DNA from: an uncultured Acidobacteriota bacterium
Lineage (GTDB): Bacteria; Acidobacteriota; Vicinamibacteria; Vicinamibacterales; UBA2999
Reading direction: 5' to 3'
DNA length: 64,000 nt
Assembly: GCA_963735875.1 (NCBI GenBank)
Contig: CAVTMO010000009.1
Coordinates: forward strand, 29,592 to 93,591
Shown here one piece after another: positions 37,749 through 47,605 of the stretch. A model generated the notes under the pieces. It searched no databases, was not told the DNA's origin, and saw only the letters and a list, made by a program, of their open reading frames with translations. Both the position numbers and the translations under genes were made by a program. The stretch's first letter is position 1; every line of letters starts with the position of its first letter.

Positions 37749-40166
37749 CTATCTCTGAGCTGTCGATGTCGTGAGCTTCGTCCACTCGTTGGCCCAGTTG
37801 AGCATCTCCGCCACGGTGTGCAGCACCGATTCGCGCGCGGCGTAGCCGTGGGCTTCGTGCGGCAGGGTCACGTAGCGCACCGTCGCGCCGTGGCCCTTCA
37901 GGGCCACGTAGAACCGCTCCGACTGGATCGGGAAGGTGCCGCTGTTGTCGTCGGCCTCGCCGTGGATGAGCAGCACCGGCTCCTTGATGAGGTGCGCGTG
38001 GTTGAAGGGCGACATCCGCGCGTAGATCTGCGGCACCTCCCAGAACGTCCGCTGCTCGTTCTGGAAGCCGAAGGGCGTGAGCGTGCGGTTGTAGGCGCCG
38101 CTCCGGGCGATGCCGGCGCGGAAGAGATCCGAGTGCGCCAGCAGGTTGGCGGTCATGAAGCCGCCGTAGCTGTGGCCGCCGACGATGAGACGCGCCGGGT
38201 CGGCGACGCCCATCGACACCACCTTGTCCACGGCCGCCTTGGCGCTGGCGACGAGCTGCTCGACGTAGGTGTCGTTGGCGGTCTCGCCGGCGCCGACGAT
38301 CGGCATCGACGGGTCGTCGAGGATGGCGTAGCCCTGCGTGAGGAGCAGCAGATGGCTCGGACCGCTCACGCCGGTGAAGCGCTGCGGTGATCCGGTGACC
38401 TGGCCGGCGGCATTGGGATCGACGAACTCGCGCGGATAGGCCCACAGCAGCAACGGCAGCCGGCCCTGCGCCGGCGTCCACCCGGCCGGGGTGTAGAGCG
38501 TGGCCGAGAGCTGCACGCCGTCGGCCCGCGCATACGTGAGGAGCTGCTTCTGCGCGCCCGAGATGAGCGGCGCCGGATCGGTGGACGTCGTCAGCGTCAC
38601 GCGCCGGCCGTCGGCGGTCGAGCGGGCCAGCGTCGCCGGCGGCGTGTTGCGCGTCTCGAAACGGGTGAGCACGCGCGATCCGTCGTCGGACAGGAGGCCG
38701 ACGACGGGCTCGTAGCCCTCGGCCATCTGGTACTTGCGTGTCGGCCGCAGCGTGCCAAGGCTCAGCGTGTCGAGGAACGGCTTGTCGCCCTGCGGCGAGG
38801 CCCCGGCGCCGGCCAGGAAGATGGTGTCGCCGCTCTGCACGATCGACTCGGTGCCCGAGGCCCGGGTGCGCCGCAACGCCGCCCCCGGGTCGCTGTAGCG
38901 ATCCTCGGCGCTCCGGTCCCACAGCTTGCGCGGGGCGGCGCCGGGCTTGTCGAGCACCCAGGTGCGGGTCCAGCGGCGCGTGCGATCGGATTCCGAGTAG
39001 AGCGCCACGCCGGCATCCGTCCAGTTGAGGCCGCTGAAGCGGTACTCCGTGCGCGCCAGCTCGGCGGGCTCGCCCTTGAACGGCGCCGCCAGCGTGCTGA
39101 TTCGATCGCGCTGCGGCACTTGAGCCTTCGGGTTCCCGCCGTCGAGCGCCTCGACCCACGCCAGGGTCGCCGGCTCGAGCGGGTGCCACCGGAAGCTGCG
39201 CGGGCCGGGCAGGACGCCGCCGTTGGGCACGTCGTCGGCCACCGGAAGGGTGGCGATCGTCCGGCTGATCGCACCGACCCGGTCCCACACCTCGACGGTC
39301 TTGGCGAAATCCCCGTACGGCACCAGCCGCGAGAACGGCTTGCTCAGCCGCGTGACCGCCGTGTGCTGGCCGTCGGGCGACGGCAGCACCTGCGTGTGCA
39401 GTCCCGGCCGGCCGAGCGCGGTGCGGGCGCCGGTGGCCGCATTCACCGTCACCAGCTGGCTCGTGGCGTAGTACTCGAAGAGCGCTTCGTCGTGCGCCGA
39501 GGCCAGCAGGTCCTGGTACGTCCGCACCGGCGAGACGCCGCCGCGATGCTCCTGCACGTTGGGGCCGGTGGGCACGGTCGGCAGCGCGGGAGCGGCGCCC
39601 CGTCCGGCCACCGTGGTGGCGCAAAGGAGCGACGCGCCGGTGCCCACCCAGGTGCACGGCGTTGCCAGCACGGCGTTGAGGTCGGTGCCCGGCAGGGCGG
39701 TCGCGCGTCCGGTCGCGCTCTCGCCGACCCACAGCTCGATGCCGGTCGGCCGCGTCTGGGTGAACGCGAAGCGCGCGCCGTCGGCGGAGAAGCCGAGCCA
39801 GGTCAGCGCCGGCGACGGTGGCAGTGTCACCGCCCGCGTGGCGCCGTCGGCCACCGCCTTCAGCACGAGCGCCCGGGCGGCGCGGGCGCGGTGCCGGCCG
39901 TTGCTTGCCGGATCGATGCGCAACCCGGCGAGCCGCAGCATCGGCCGCGACAGCTCGGCGATGGTCGGCATCGCCGCGTGCTCGAGCACGGCCACCACGT
40001 CGCGCGACGGGCTGAGGAACACCTCGGGCGGCGGCGGCTGGTCGAGGATGTCGACGATCACCTTCGGTGGCAGCTGGTAGCCCGGTCCATCCGGGGCCTG
40101 CGCGGCGCTCATCGAGGCGAAACCGCACAGCACGACGACGGCGATCACCGGGCGCAGACTCCGCAT
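37749..40166 (-). CDS. S9-family (prolyl oligopeptidase/DPP-like) serine peptidase with N-terminal beta-propeller
   Basis: ATG 40166 with an AAGGAG RBS. Signal peptide MRSLRPVIAVVVLCGFASMSAAQA. Catalytic triad context GGHSYGG, HGEADDN, EAHGY. Confidence 0.85.
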   Translation of the reverse strand: MRSLRPVIAVVVLCGFASMSAAQAPDGPGYQLPPKVIVDILDQPPPPEVFLSPSRDVVAVLEHAAMPTIAELSRPMLRLAGLRIDPASNGRHRARAARALVLKAVADGATRAVTLPPSPALTWLGFSADGARFAFTQTRPTGIELWVGESATGRATALPGTDLNAVLATPCTWVGTGASLLCATTVAGRGAAPALPTVPTGPNVQEHRGGVSPVRTYQDLLASAHDEALFEYYATSQLVTVNAATGARTALGRPGLHTQVLPSPDGQHTAVTRLSKPFSRLVPYGDFAKTVEVWDRVGAISRTIATLPVADDVPNGGVLPGPRSFRWHPLEPATLAWVEALDGGNPKAQVPQRDRISTLAAPFKGEPAELARTEYRFSGLNWTDAGVALYSESDRTRRWTRTWVLDKPGAAPRKLWDRSAEDRYSDPGAALRRTRASGTESIVQSGDTIFLAGAGASPQGDKPFLDTLSLGTLRPTRKYQMAEGYEPVVGLLSDDGSRVLTRFETRNTPPATLARSTADGRRVTLTTSTDPAPLISGAQKQLLTYARADGVQLSATLYTPAGWTPAQGRLPLLLWAYPREFVDPNAAGQVTGSPQRFTGVSGPSHLLLLTQGYAILDDPSMPIVGAGETANDTYVEQLVASAKAAVDKVVSMGVADPARLIVGGHSYGGFMTANLLAHSDLFRAGIARSGAYNRTLTPFGFQNEQRTFWEVPQIYARMSPFNHAHLIKEPVLLIHGEADDNSGTFPIQSERFYVALKGHGATVRYVTLPHEAHGYAARESVLHTVAEMLNWANEWTKLTTSTAQR

Positions 40167-40242
40167 GACGGGCTCCTTCGTGACGTGCCGGACGATCCGG
40201 TCCAGCGTGGCCGATTGTAGCCCCGCCGCGGCAGTTGGTACT

Positions 40243-40295
40243 GTAGGGCAGAGCTTCAGCTCTGCCATCTCGGCGGCTCTGAAGAGCCGCCCTAC
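40243..40295. repeat. REPIN-like doublet (two inverted REP hairpins)
   Basis: GTAG-GGCAGAGC-TTCA-GCTCTGCC-ATCTC-GGCGGCTC-TGAA-GAGCCGCC-CTAC. The CTA of CTAC is the GGDEF gene stop codon. Confidence 0.85.
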
Positions 40296-41572
40296 GCCGA
40301 GGTCGGCAGGTCGTGCCAGACGACGCGGTCGCGGCCGGCTCGCTTGCCGACATAGAGCCGGTTGTCGGCCAGCCGCACCAGGTCGTCGGGCGAGGCCACC
40401 GAATCCTCGAGGAAGGTGGCGATGCCGACCGTGGCCGTCACCTCCTGCAATGGCAGCTGCGGCACTGCCGCCCCCACCCGTTCGCGCAGGCGCCGGCGGA
40501 AGCGCTCAGCGAAGGCGCTCGCCGCCTCCGAGTCGGCCGACGACAGGATCACGACGAACTCGTCGCCGCCGTAGCGGCACACCGTGTCGGCCGCCCGCGC
40601 GTGTTCGCCCAGCGTCTCGGCGACCAGCCGCAGCACGCGGTCGCCCACCAGGTGGCTGTGCGTGTCGTTGATGGTCTTGAAGTGGTCGGTGTCCACCAGC
40701 AGCACGCTCAGCGGTTCCTGGTAGCGGGCGGCATGCGCCACCGCGCGCGGCAGGATCTCGTCGAAGTAGCCGCGGTTGTAGAGGCCGGTGAGCGCGTCGC
40801 GCACCATGCGCTGGCGGGCCTCCTCGTAGCGCTGCCGATAGGTGAGGGTCTGGAACACGTCGTGCACGTCGCCGCTGCCCACTGTGGCCTGATCGGGCTC
40901 GAAGAACCGGAGGTAGACACACAAAGCCGCGGTGTAGAGAAGCGCGGCGGCGGCCTTGCCGGCGAAGCCGGCCAGCAGCAGCGGCTGGAACTGCGGGTTG
41001 CTCGGGCCCTGCACCAGCATCGTGAACCAGGCGTTGTCGAACGAGACGACGAGCAGCAGCGCCAGGAACGCCCGCACGAACAGCGGCCGGACGAAGCGGC
41101 TCACGTACTCGAACACGAGGATGATGCCGATCACGTCGAGCAGCAGCAGCGTGGTGCCCACCGCGGCGACCCAGGCGTTGGCCTGCAGCGCCGACGTGCT
41201 GAGGCCGGCCGGCACGGCACTGCCCGGGATGCGCATGTGTTCGCTGACGATCAGCGCGACGATCGTCAGGCCGGCGTTGGCCAGCACCAGGCCGTAGACG
41301 AGCTTGCGGGCCTCGGTGATCTCCTCCTTGATGTAGACGAGCAGCACGGCGAGGAGCGTGGCCGTGAACATCACCGTCGACGCGGGATAGATCAGCCAGC
41401 CTGGCGCCACCTCGACTTTCAGGCTGAGCGAGGCTTCGAGGTACTGGAAGCCGCCCAGCACGATGTACAACGGCGACAGGCCGAGCACGGTGCGGCTGCG
41501 GAACAGGCCGAGCACCAGCACGGCCATCACCAACGCCTCGGCGCCGAGCAGGGCGAGCTGGACGGGATACAT
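40292..41572 (-). CDS. diguanylate cyclase (GGDEF) with N-terminal multi-TM sensor domain
   Basis: About 7 TM helices, then a GGDEF domain with an intact RYGGDEF active site. Confidence 0.85.
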   Translation of the reverse strand: MYPVQLALLGAEALVMAVLVLGLFRSRTVLGLSPLYIVLGGFQYLEASLSLKVEVAPGWLIYPASTVMFTATLLAVLLVYIKEEITEARKLVYGLVLANAGLTIVALIVSEHMRIPGSAVPAGLSTSALQANAWVAAVGTTLLLLDVIGIILVFEYVSRFVRPLFVRAFLALLLVVSFDNAWFTMLVQGPSNPQFQPLLLAGFAGKAAAALLYTAALCVYLRFFEPDQATVGSGDVHDVFQTLTYRQRYEEARQRMVRDALTGLYNRGYFDEILPRAVAHAARYQEPLSVLLVDTDHFKTINDTHSHLVGDRVLRLVAETLGEHARAADTVCRYGGDEFVVILSSADSEAASAFAERFRRRLRERVGAAVPQLPLQEVTATVGIATFLEDSVASPDDLVRLADNRLYVGKRAGRDRVVWHDLPTSA

Positions 41573-41740
41573 CGCGACCCGAGGAGCGCCAGCCTACCAT
41601 TTCGCCGAGCGCTTTTTGCCGCTCGACAGCGGTGAAATTGTGACCCGTCGGCTCATCGTGAAGGGCGATCACGAAAGCGTCTGTGTCGTCGGTTTTCCGG
41701 CGCGCGAACCCGCCGGGAAGACGGGCTCGGAGCTCCGGCC

Positions 41741-44233
41741 TCAGGGCACGAGGGTCAAATTGTGCACCGCCGTGCCCGGCAACAGCGGCACCGGCGTACC
41801 CTCCACCCAGGCCCGCTGCTGATCGCCGAAGTGCGGCGACAACGGGTGGCCGCTCTGGCCGCCGGGCATGTGCAGAATCCCGGTCGCTTCATGGCCGGGC
41901 GACGCCACGAGCCGCTGCGACGCCCCGGTGCGCGGCGTGAGTACGCGCGGCACGTAGGTGTCGCCGGGCAGCGCGTCGCGCGGCATCGACAGGAACCGGG
42001 CCAGCCACGGCACTGCCGCGGCCAGCGGATGCGCGATATCGGCGGCGTTGGCCTCGCCCCACGTCCGTTCGTTCAGGGCGCGCCCGCCCGCGGTCATGGC
42101 CTCGATCGTCCGGTCGATGGCGGCGAGCAGAAACGCGTTCCACGTCGAATACGCCGGGTCGAGCAGGTTGGCGGGGCGTTCGCTGACGAGACGCCAGAGC
42201 GGACCCTCGATCCGCCGGATGGTCGAGTAGTCGAAACCCGGCGCCGCGGCCTTCACGTGCGCCGTCAGGGCGTCGAACGCCATCCGCGATACGGTGAGCC
42301 GGAAAGTGCGCACGAGGCGATACGCCACCGACTCCGCCGCCGCATGACCCGGCCAGGCGCCCTCGACCAGTTGCCGGGCCGCCGCGCGCGCCGGCGATCC
42401 GCGCGCCACATCGGGCGTGAGCGCGTCGAGGAAGACCCCGCGCCAGCGGTTCAGAAACAGGGAGCGGTTGTCGAGCTGGATGTCGAAGAGCGCCCGCTCG
42501 TCGGCGGCGTCGAGCCGCTGCAGGTCGTCGCGGATCATCCAGGCCCGGATGCCGTCGCTGTAGCCGCCGTCGCCGACCCTCCGGAGCATCTCGCCGCCTA
42601 CCACGCGGGCATTGGCCGACCACAGCCGGCCGTCGGGCGGATCGACGACCCGCGGGTGCTCGTCGAAGTCCAGATAGCCGTCCCAGCGATGCGATCCGTC
42701 GGCCCACGACGTGGGCACGCCGCCCCAGCCGCCTTCGGCCGTGCCTGGTCCGGCGACGCCGACGCGCCGGGGGACCGCGCCGTAGATGGTCCAGGCGATA
42801 TGGCCCTCGCGGTCGCCGACGACGAGGTTCTCGGCGGCCAGCGCCGCGCCGACCGACAGGCGCATCGCTTCGTCCACGCTGCGGGCCTCCGCGATCCGCG
42901 CGGCGTCGGTGGCCAGCACGCGCGGGTCGTGGGCCACCCACTTGAGCACCAGCTCGCGGCCGTGGTGATCGCGGGCGACGACCGGCCCCCAGATCGTCCA
43001 GCGCGCCTCGATGGTGACCGGGGCGGCACCCTTCACCGCAATCGACTCGGCGTGCACGTCGAAGCCGCGCGGTCCCTCCGGCGCCTGGTACTTCGTGGGA
43101 TCGCCGGGCACCGGCTCCACGATCACCAGGTCGGACCAGTCGCCGACCGAGTTCGTGAAGCCCCAGGCGATGTCGCCGTTGCTGCCCACCGCCAGCTGGG
43201 GCCCGCCGGGGAGCGTCACGCCGACGAGGCGCCGCGTCTGGCCCGGCGCCCGTTCGTCGGGGTATTCGAACGCCGCCCGGAACCAGATGTTTGGCACCGA
43301 GAGGCGCAGGTGCATGTCGTTGGCGACGATGGCGCTGCCGGTCCGCGACCGCGCGCCCGACACCGCCCAGTTGTTGCTGCCGAGGGTGGCCTCCTCGGCG
43401 CGCGGTAGCCGCGCCCACCAGGGCAGCGACTCGCCGGGCCGCGGATCCGGACCCCGCGACGACGTCTGGCCGGGTGACCGTGGACGAATGGGGCCGAGGT
43501 GATGCTCGCCCCTCCGAATCTCGAACTCCTCGGCCCGCGGAGCCGGCGGAACCGGATGCGGCTCGCCGACGATCGGGCTCTCCCAGTCGCTCGCCCGTCC
43601 AGCCAGGAATTCGAACATCGGCTCCGGCAGCAGGTCGTGCATCGTGCCGAGCGTGTTTTCGTACTCCCACTGCGCGCCTTGCAGCGTGACGAACATGGCA
43701 ATCGCCGTGAGCATCGAGTCTTCGGCGCGCCACTCCTCGGGCGACGTGCGCAGCACCAGGTACTCGAACGGCGGTGCGTCCATCGCCGCCAGCCCGGCGT
43801 TCACGCCCCCGGCATAGGCCTCGAGTTCGGCGCGATAGCCGGGCGGCGAGAACCTGAGCGCCTCGCCTGCGATCGCCCGGAAGCGATGCACCCGCATCGT
43901 GCGGTCGGCGTTCAAGGCGACCGCGCCGACCAGTGCCGACAACTCTCCGGCCGGCTGCCGCCGCTGCAGATCCATCTGGAAGAACCGCTCCTGCGCGTGG
44001 ACGAAGCCGGTCGCCCGCGCCAGATCGAGGCGCGAGCGGGCACGGATCGTCGGCACGCCCAGAGCGTCGCGCGACACCGTCACCGGCTCGGCCAGCCCCG
44101 GGACCTTCAACTGCCCGTCCATCACCGCGAGGCTGCGCCCGAGCACGACCCGCGCGTAGCCGGCGCCGCCGGCGACGATGAGCACCAGCGCGGCGAGGAC
44201 CAGCAGGAAGAAGCGGAGGACGTGGCGCCGCAT
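41741..44233 (-). CDS. penicillin/AHL acylase-family protein (peptidase S45, Ntn hydrolase)
   Basis: 830 aa. N-terminal TM/signal segment and the beta-chain nucleophile context LGSNNWAVSG. Confidence 0.9.
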   Translation of the reverse strand: MRRHVLRFFLLVLAALVLIVAGGAGYARVVLGRSLAVMDGQLKVPGLAEPVTVSRDALGVPTIRARSRLDLARATGFVHAQERFFQMDLQRRQPAGELSALVGAVALNADRTMRVHRFRAIAGEALRFSPPGYRAELEAYAGGVNAGLAAMDAPPFEYLVLRTSPEEWRAEDSMLTAIAMFVTLQGAQWEYENTLGTMHDLLPEPMFEFLAGRASDWESPIVGEPHPVPPAPRAEEFEIRRGEHHLGPIRPRSPGQTSSRGPDPRPGESLPWWARLPRAEEATLGSNNWAVSGARSRTGSAIVANDMHLRLSVPNIWFRAAFEYPDERAPGQTRRLVGVTLPGGPQLAVGSNGDIAWGFTNSVGDWSDLVIVEPVPGDPTKYQAPEGPRGFDVHAESIAVKGAAPVTIEARWTIWGPVVARDHHGRELVLKWVAHDPRVLATDAARIAEARSVDEAMRLSVGAALAAENLVVGDREGHIAWTIYGAVPRRVGVAGPGTAEGGWGGVPTSWADGSHRWDGYLDFDEHPRVVDPPDGRLWSANARVVGGEMLRRVGDGGYSDGIRAWMIRDDLQRLDAADERALFDIQLDNRSLFLNRWRGVFLDALTPDVARGSPARAAARQLVEGAWPGHAAAESVAYRLVRTFRLTVSRMAFDALTAHVKAAAPGFDYSTIRRIEGPLWRLVSERPANLLDPAYSTWNAFLLAAIDRTIEAMTAGGRALNERTWGEANAADIAHPLAAAVPWLARFLSMPRDALPGDTYVPRVLTPRTGASQRLVASPGHEATGILHMPGGQSGHPLSPHFGDQQRAWVEGTPVPLLPGTAVHNLTLVP

Positions 44234-44267
44234 CGGGCTCTGATCCTAGCAGCCCGATGCGACCGGC

Positions 44268-44300
44268 GGGGCTGGGGACTGGGGGCTGGGGACTGGGGCT
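44268..44300 (+). repeat. G-tract repeat arm (GGGGCT/GGGGACT)
   Basis: GGGGCTGGGGACTGGGGGCTGGGGACTGGGGCT, five G4-5 tracts. Confidence 0.8.
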
Positions 44301-44317
44301 CGAGGCGTCTCACGTTC

Positions 44318-44345
44318 GCATCGCCGCAAGCTCTCGCGGCGATGC
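44318..44345. other. perfect 10-bp inverted repeat in the acylase/ada divergent spacer
   Basis: GCATCGCCGC-AAGCTCTC-GCGGCGATGC. Confidence 0.7.
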
Positions 44346-44393
44346 ACAAGCCCGGCTCTTGGAGCGCTTCTCTTGACGCGTGACGACCGCACG

Positions 44394-44426
44394 CCCTAGT
44401 CCCCAGCCCCCAGCCCCAGCCCCCAG
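44394..44426 (-). repeat. C-rich arm, inverted copy of the G-tract repeat
   Basis: CCCTAGTCCCCAGCCCCCAGCCCCAGCCCCCAG, the reverse-complement orientation of 44268-44300. Confidence 0.8.
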
Positions 44427-44481
44427 ATTCGGCGCAAGGCGCGGATCGCGCGCCGAGCCGCGCCGCAGCTACCGTCATGTC

Positions 44482-45597
44482 ATGATTCTTCCAGCCTTTC
44501 TCACCAGCTCCGATCCCATGCCACGCCAGTTGGACGACGACCCGCGCTGGGCGCAGGTGCTCGCACGCTCGGCCGATGCCGAGGGGCGGTTCGTCTATGC
44601 CGTCCGGAGCACCGGCGTATTCTGCCGGCCCACGTGTCCGAGCCGCCGCCCGCGGCGCGAGCAGGTGCGGTTCTTCGACGGTCCGGCCGCCGCCGAGCGG
44701 GCCGGCTTCCGCGCCTGCCTGCGCTGCCGGCCCGACGGCGCCCGTCCGGTCACCGACGGCGCCAAGGCGGTCGCCAGGGCGGCGTCGCACCTGCGCGCCC
44801 ACGCCGACGAGCCAGTGGCCCTGGCCGACCTCGCCGCGCTCACCGGCCTCAGCCCGTCGCATTTCCAGCGTGCCTTCACCGCGCACACCGGCGTGTCGCC
44901 GCGCGAGTTCCAGGCGGCCTGCCGGGCCGAGCGCTTCCGCGCCTCCCTGCGGGAGGGCAACGACGTGACCACGGCGACCTACGACGCCGGCTACGGATCG
45001 CCGAGCCGGGTGTCGGCGCGCAAGCCCACCGGACCCGGGCTCTCGCCGGCGGCCTACCGGCGGCGCGGCCAGGGCGCGGCCATCGGCTACGCGGTGGTGC
45101 CGTGCTCGCTCGGCCAGCTGCTCGTGGCGGCGACGGAGGCCGGCGTCTGCGCCGTGAAGCTCGGGTCCGCCGACCGGCCGCTGGTCGAGGAACTCCGTCG
45201 CGAGTTCCCCAAGGCCGAGATCTCCGAGGCGGCGCCCCCGGCCGCCTGGACCAGGGCCGTAGCCGGGGCGGCGAACGGGGCCCCGGCCGCGGTGCCCGGC
45301 GTGCCGCTCGATGTGCAAGGGACGGCCTTCCAGTGGAAGGTGTGGAAGGCGCTGCAGGCGATTCCCGCCGGCGAAACGCGAACCTACGCCGAGGTCGCCC
45401 GTGCCGTGGGTCAGCCGCGCGCCGTCAGGGCCGTGGCCGGCGCGTGCGCGCGCAACCCCGTGGCCCTGGTGGTGCCATGCCATCGCGTGGTGCCGGCGAG
45501 CGGCGGGCCGGGAGGGTATCGCTGGGGTGCCAACCGCAAGCGAGCCATCCTCGATCGCGAGCGCAAGGCGGCAGGACACCCCGCGTCGGCTCGGTAG
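44482..45597 (+). CDS. ada: Ada-type regulator fused to methylated-DNA-protein-cysteine methyltransferase (AdaA Zn domain + AraC HTH + Ogt)
   Basis: Cys4 Zn motif FCRPTCPSRRP..CLRCRP, an AraC HTH (LAALTGLSPSHFQRAF), and the Ogt active site PCHRVV. The start could also be ATG 44518. Confidence 0.85.
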   Translation: MILPAFLTSSDPMPRQLDDDPRWAQVLARSADAEGRFVYAVRSTGVFCRPTCPSRRPRREQVRFFDGPAAAERAGFRACLRCRPDGARPVTDGAKAVARAASHLRAHADEPVALADLAALTGLSPSHFQRAFTAHTGVSPREFQAACRAERFRASLREGNDVTTATYDAGYGSPSRVSARKPTGPGLSPAAYRRRGQGAAIGYAVVPCSLGQLLVAATEAGVCAVKLGSADRPLVEELRREFPKAEISEAAPPAAWTRAVAGAANGAPAAVPGVPLDVQGTAFQWKVWKALQAIPAGETRTYAEVARAVGQPRAVRAVAGACARNPVALVVPCHRVVPASGGPGGYRWGANRKRAILDRERKAAGHPASAR

Positions 45598-45704
45598 GAC
45601 CGCACCGCGGGCGATCCGTTACAATTCGCCCTCGTGTCTCGCGGGTTTCCTGCCTTTCTCAACGCTTTCCTGGCTCTCGGCCGCCGCCTGAGGGCGGCCG
45701 CCCG

Positions 45705-46931
45705 ATGAGCCGCACCCGGTACGGCGTCTCGCCGTGGGCGCAGACGGCCCCGGCGAAGTCTCGCGCCTTCGCGTCGGCCGCCGGCCTGGAGACGGCTGAT
45801 GTCGTGGTCGTCGGGGGCGGCCTCACGGGGCTTCTCACCGCGTGGGGGCTCAAGACGGCGGGGCAGGGCGTCGTGCTCGTCGACGCTGGCCGCCTGGGCA
45901 CCGGGCACAGCTTGTCGGCCTCCGGCCTGACCGGCCTGCTGGCCACGGCCGACTATCGGGCTCTCGAGACGATGCACGGGCGCCGCCTCGCGCGGACGCT
46001 GATTACGTCGGTGGCCGCGGCGGGCCCGGCCCTGGCCGCTGGCATGAAGAAGGCCAACGCGGCGGTGAAGTACGACGCGCGTCCGGTCGTCAGTCTCGTC
46101 GATGCGCCGATTCGCGGCTGGGATCGGGAGGTGGCGGCCCGCCAGGCCGCCGGCCTCGAGGCCAAGGGGCTCCTGGCCACCGCGCTGACGCGCGTGACCG
46201 CGGCCGAAGCGCCGGCGGCGATCCGCCTGCCGGGGGCCGGGCTGCTCGAACCGGCCCGTGTGGTGGCAGCGGTCTTGGCCCGGGTGGCCGCCGCCAAGGT
46301 ACCGGTGGCCGAGCGGACGCCGGTGACGAAGATCGCGTTCACGCGCACCGAGGCGATGGTGCACGTCGAGAAGCGGACGATCCGCACCACCCGCGTTGTC
46401 GTCTGCACCGACGCGCCGGGATCGCTGGCCCCCACCCTCGATCGACACGTGCGTGGCATCGAGCGCTTCCACGTGCTGACGGCGCCGATGCCGGCGGCGA
46501 TGCGCAAGGCGATGGCGCTCGGCGCGCTCGTCGTCGGCGACACGACCGTCCCGTTCGCCGCCACCGCCACCGCCGACGGGCGGTTGCTGCTCAGCGGCGG
46601 CGACGGCCCGGTGCTGGCCGATCGCAAGCGCGAGGCGGCGCAGGTGCAGCACACCGGCGACCTGATGTACCAGGTCTTGCGGCGCTTTCCGGTGATGGCC
46701 GGCCTGATGCCCGAGTTCGGCTGGTCGTCGCCCATCGTCGCCGCACCCGACCGTTTCCCGCTCGTCGGCGCGCACCGGCAGTATCCCCACCAGCTCTTCT
46801 CGTTCGGCACCGACGCCGATCCGACGCTGGCGTGGATGGCGAGCCGCATGCTCGTGCGCGCGGTGCTCGGCGCCTCCACGGCCGACGACGCGGCCTTCGG
46901 CTTCGGCCGCGTGCAGGAAGAACGTCACTGA
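45705..46931 (+). CDS. FAD-dependent oxidoreductase (DAO family)
   Basis: 409 aa. Dinucleotide fold VVVVGGGLTGLLTAWGL. Confidence 0.8.
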   Translation: MSRTRYGVSPWAQTAPAKSRAFASAAGLETADVVVVGGGLTGLLTAWGLKTAGQGVVLVDAGRLGTGHSLSASGLTGLLATADYRALETMHGRRLARTLITSVAAAGPALAAGMKKANAAVKYDARPVVSLVDAPIRGWDREVAARQAAGLEAKGLLATALTRVTAAEAPAAIRLPGAGLLEPARVVAAVLARVAAAKVPVAERTPVTKIAFTRTEAMVHVEKRTIRTTRVVVCTDAPGSLAPTLDRHVRGIERFHVLTAPMPAAMRKAMALGALVVGDTTVPFAATATADGRLLLSGGDGPVLADRKREAAQVQHTGDLMYQVLRRFPVMAGLMPEFGWSSPIVAAPDRFPLVGAHRQYPHQLFSFGTDADPTLAWMASRMLVRAVLGASTADDAAFGFGRVQEERH

Positions 46932-47050
46932 CGCCGTGTCGCGTCGGCTGATGAGGCACGGCTCTTGCCTCGTGAGCCTGCAGTCTGCCCCCTGACCCTA
47001 ATGCGCGACCGGAAAGACAGCAGAACGTGGGATTTGTTTCGGTGCCGGCC

Positions 47051-47605
47051 ATGAACGTCGTTTCCCAGACGTTGTCAGGCTGGTTCACACCCGACGGGCG
47101 CATTCGCCAGCGGCTGCAGACTGCTGCACGAAACGTCATCGAGAACGCGTCGTGGCTTCGCGGGTTCCGTCGTCTCTCGGTGCCCATGTCGGCGACACGC
47201 CCGGTTGAGGACCTCACGGCCACCCGCCGTGAAACCTCGCCGGGCGAGTCGCCGGCGCCAACAATCGCCTTTCCCACCGCGGCCGGCTGGATGCCGGCGC
47301 TGCCGCCCGAGCTCAGGCAGCCGCCGCCGGCGCGGCTGACAGCCTCCGGCGTGTACCGCGTCGCCCACGACGAACGTCAGGCTGGACCCGGGCGCCGATT
47401 CCAGGAGCGGCGCGAGCGCAACGACGGCTCGCCCTACGGCGTCGAACGGCGCCAGGGAGCCGAGGGTCGGGCCGGCGAGCGCCGGGCGACTGCCGACGCG
47501 CCCTCCGCTCAGCCGCCGCTGAGTGCGAAGCGGGCGGCGATCGCGCCCGGCGCCGACTACGCGCCTCATCTTCCCGACCTGCTGGCAAGGTTTCATGTCC
47601 GGTAA
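47051..47605 (+). CDS. hypothetical protein with ERR-rich C-terminal half
   Basis: 185-aa ORF with high third-position GC. No motif recognised. Contains RFQERRERNDGSPYGVERRQGAEGRAGERR. Confidence 0.4.
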   Translation: MNVVSQTLSGWFTPDGRIRQRLQTAARNVIENASWLRGFRRLSVPMSATRPVEDLTATRRETSPGESPAPTIAFPTAAGWMPALPPELRQPPPARLTASGVYRVAHDERQAGPGRRFQERRERNDGSPYGVERRQGAEGRAGERRATADAPSAQPPLSAKRAAIAPGADYAPHLPDLLARFHVR

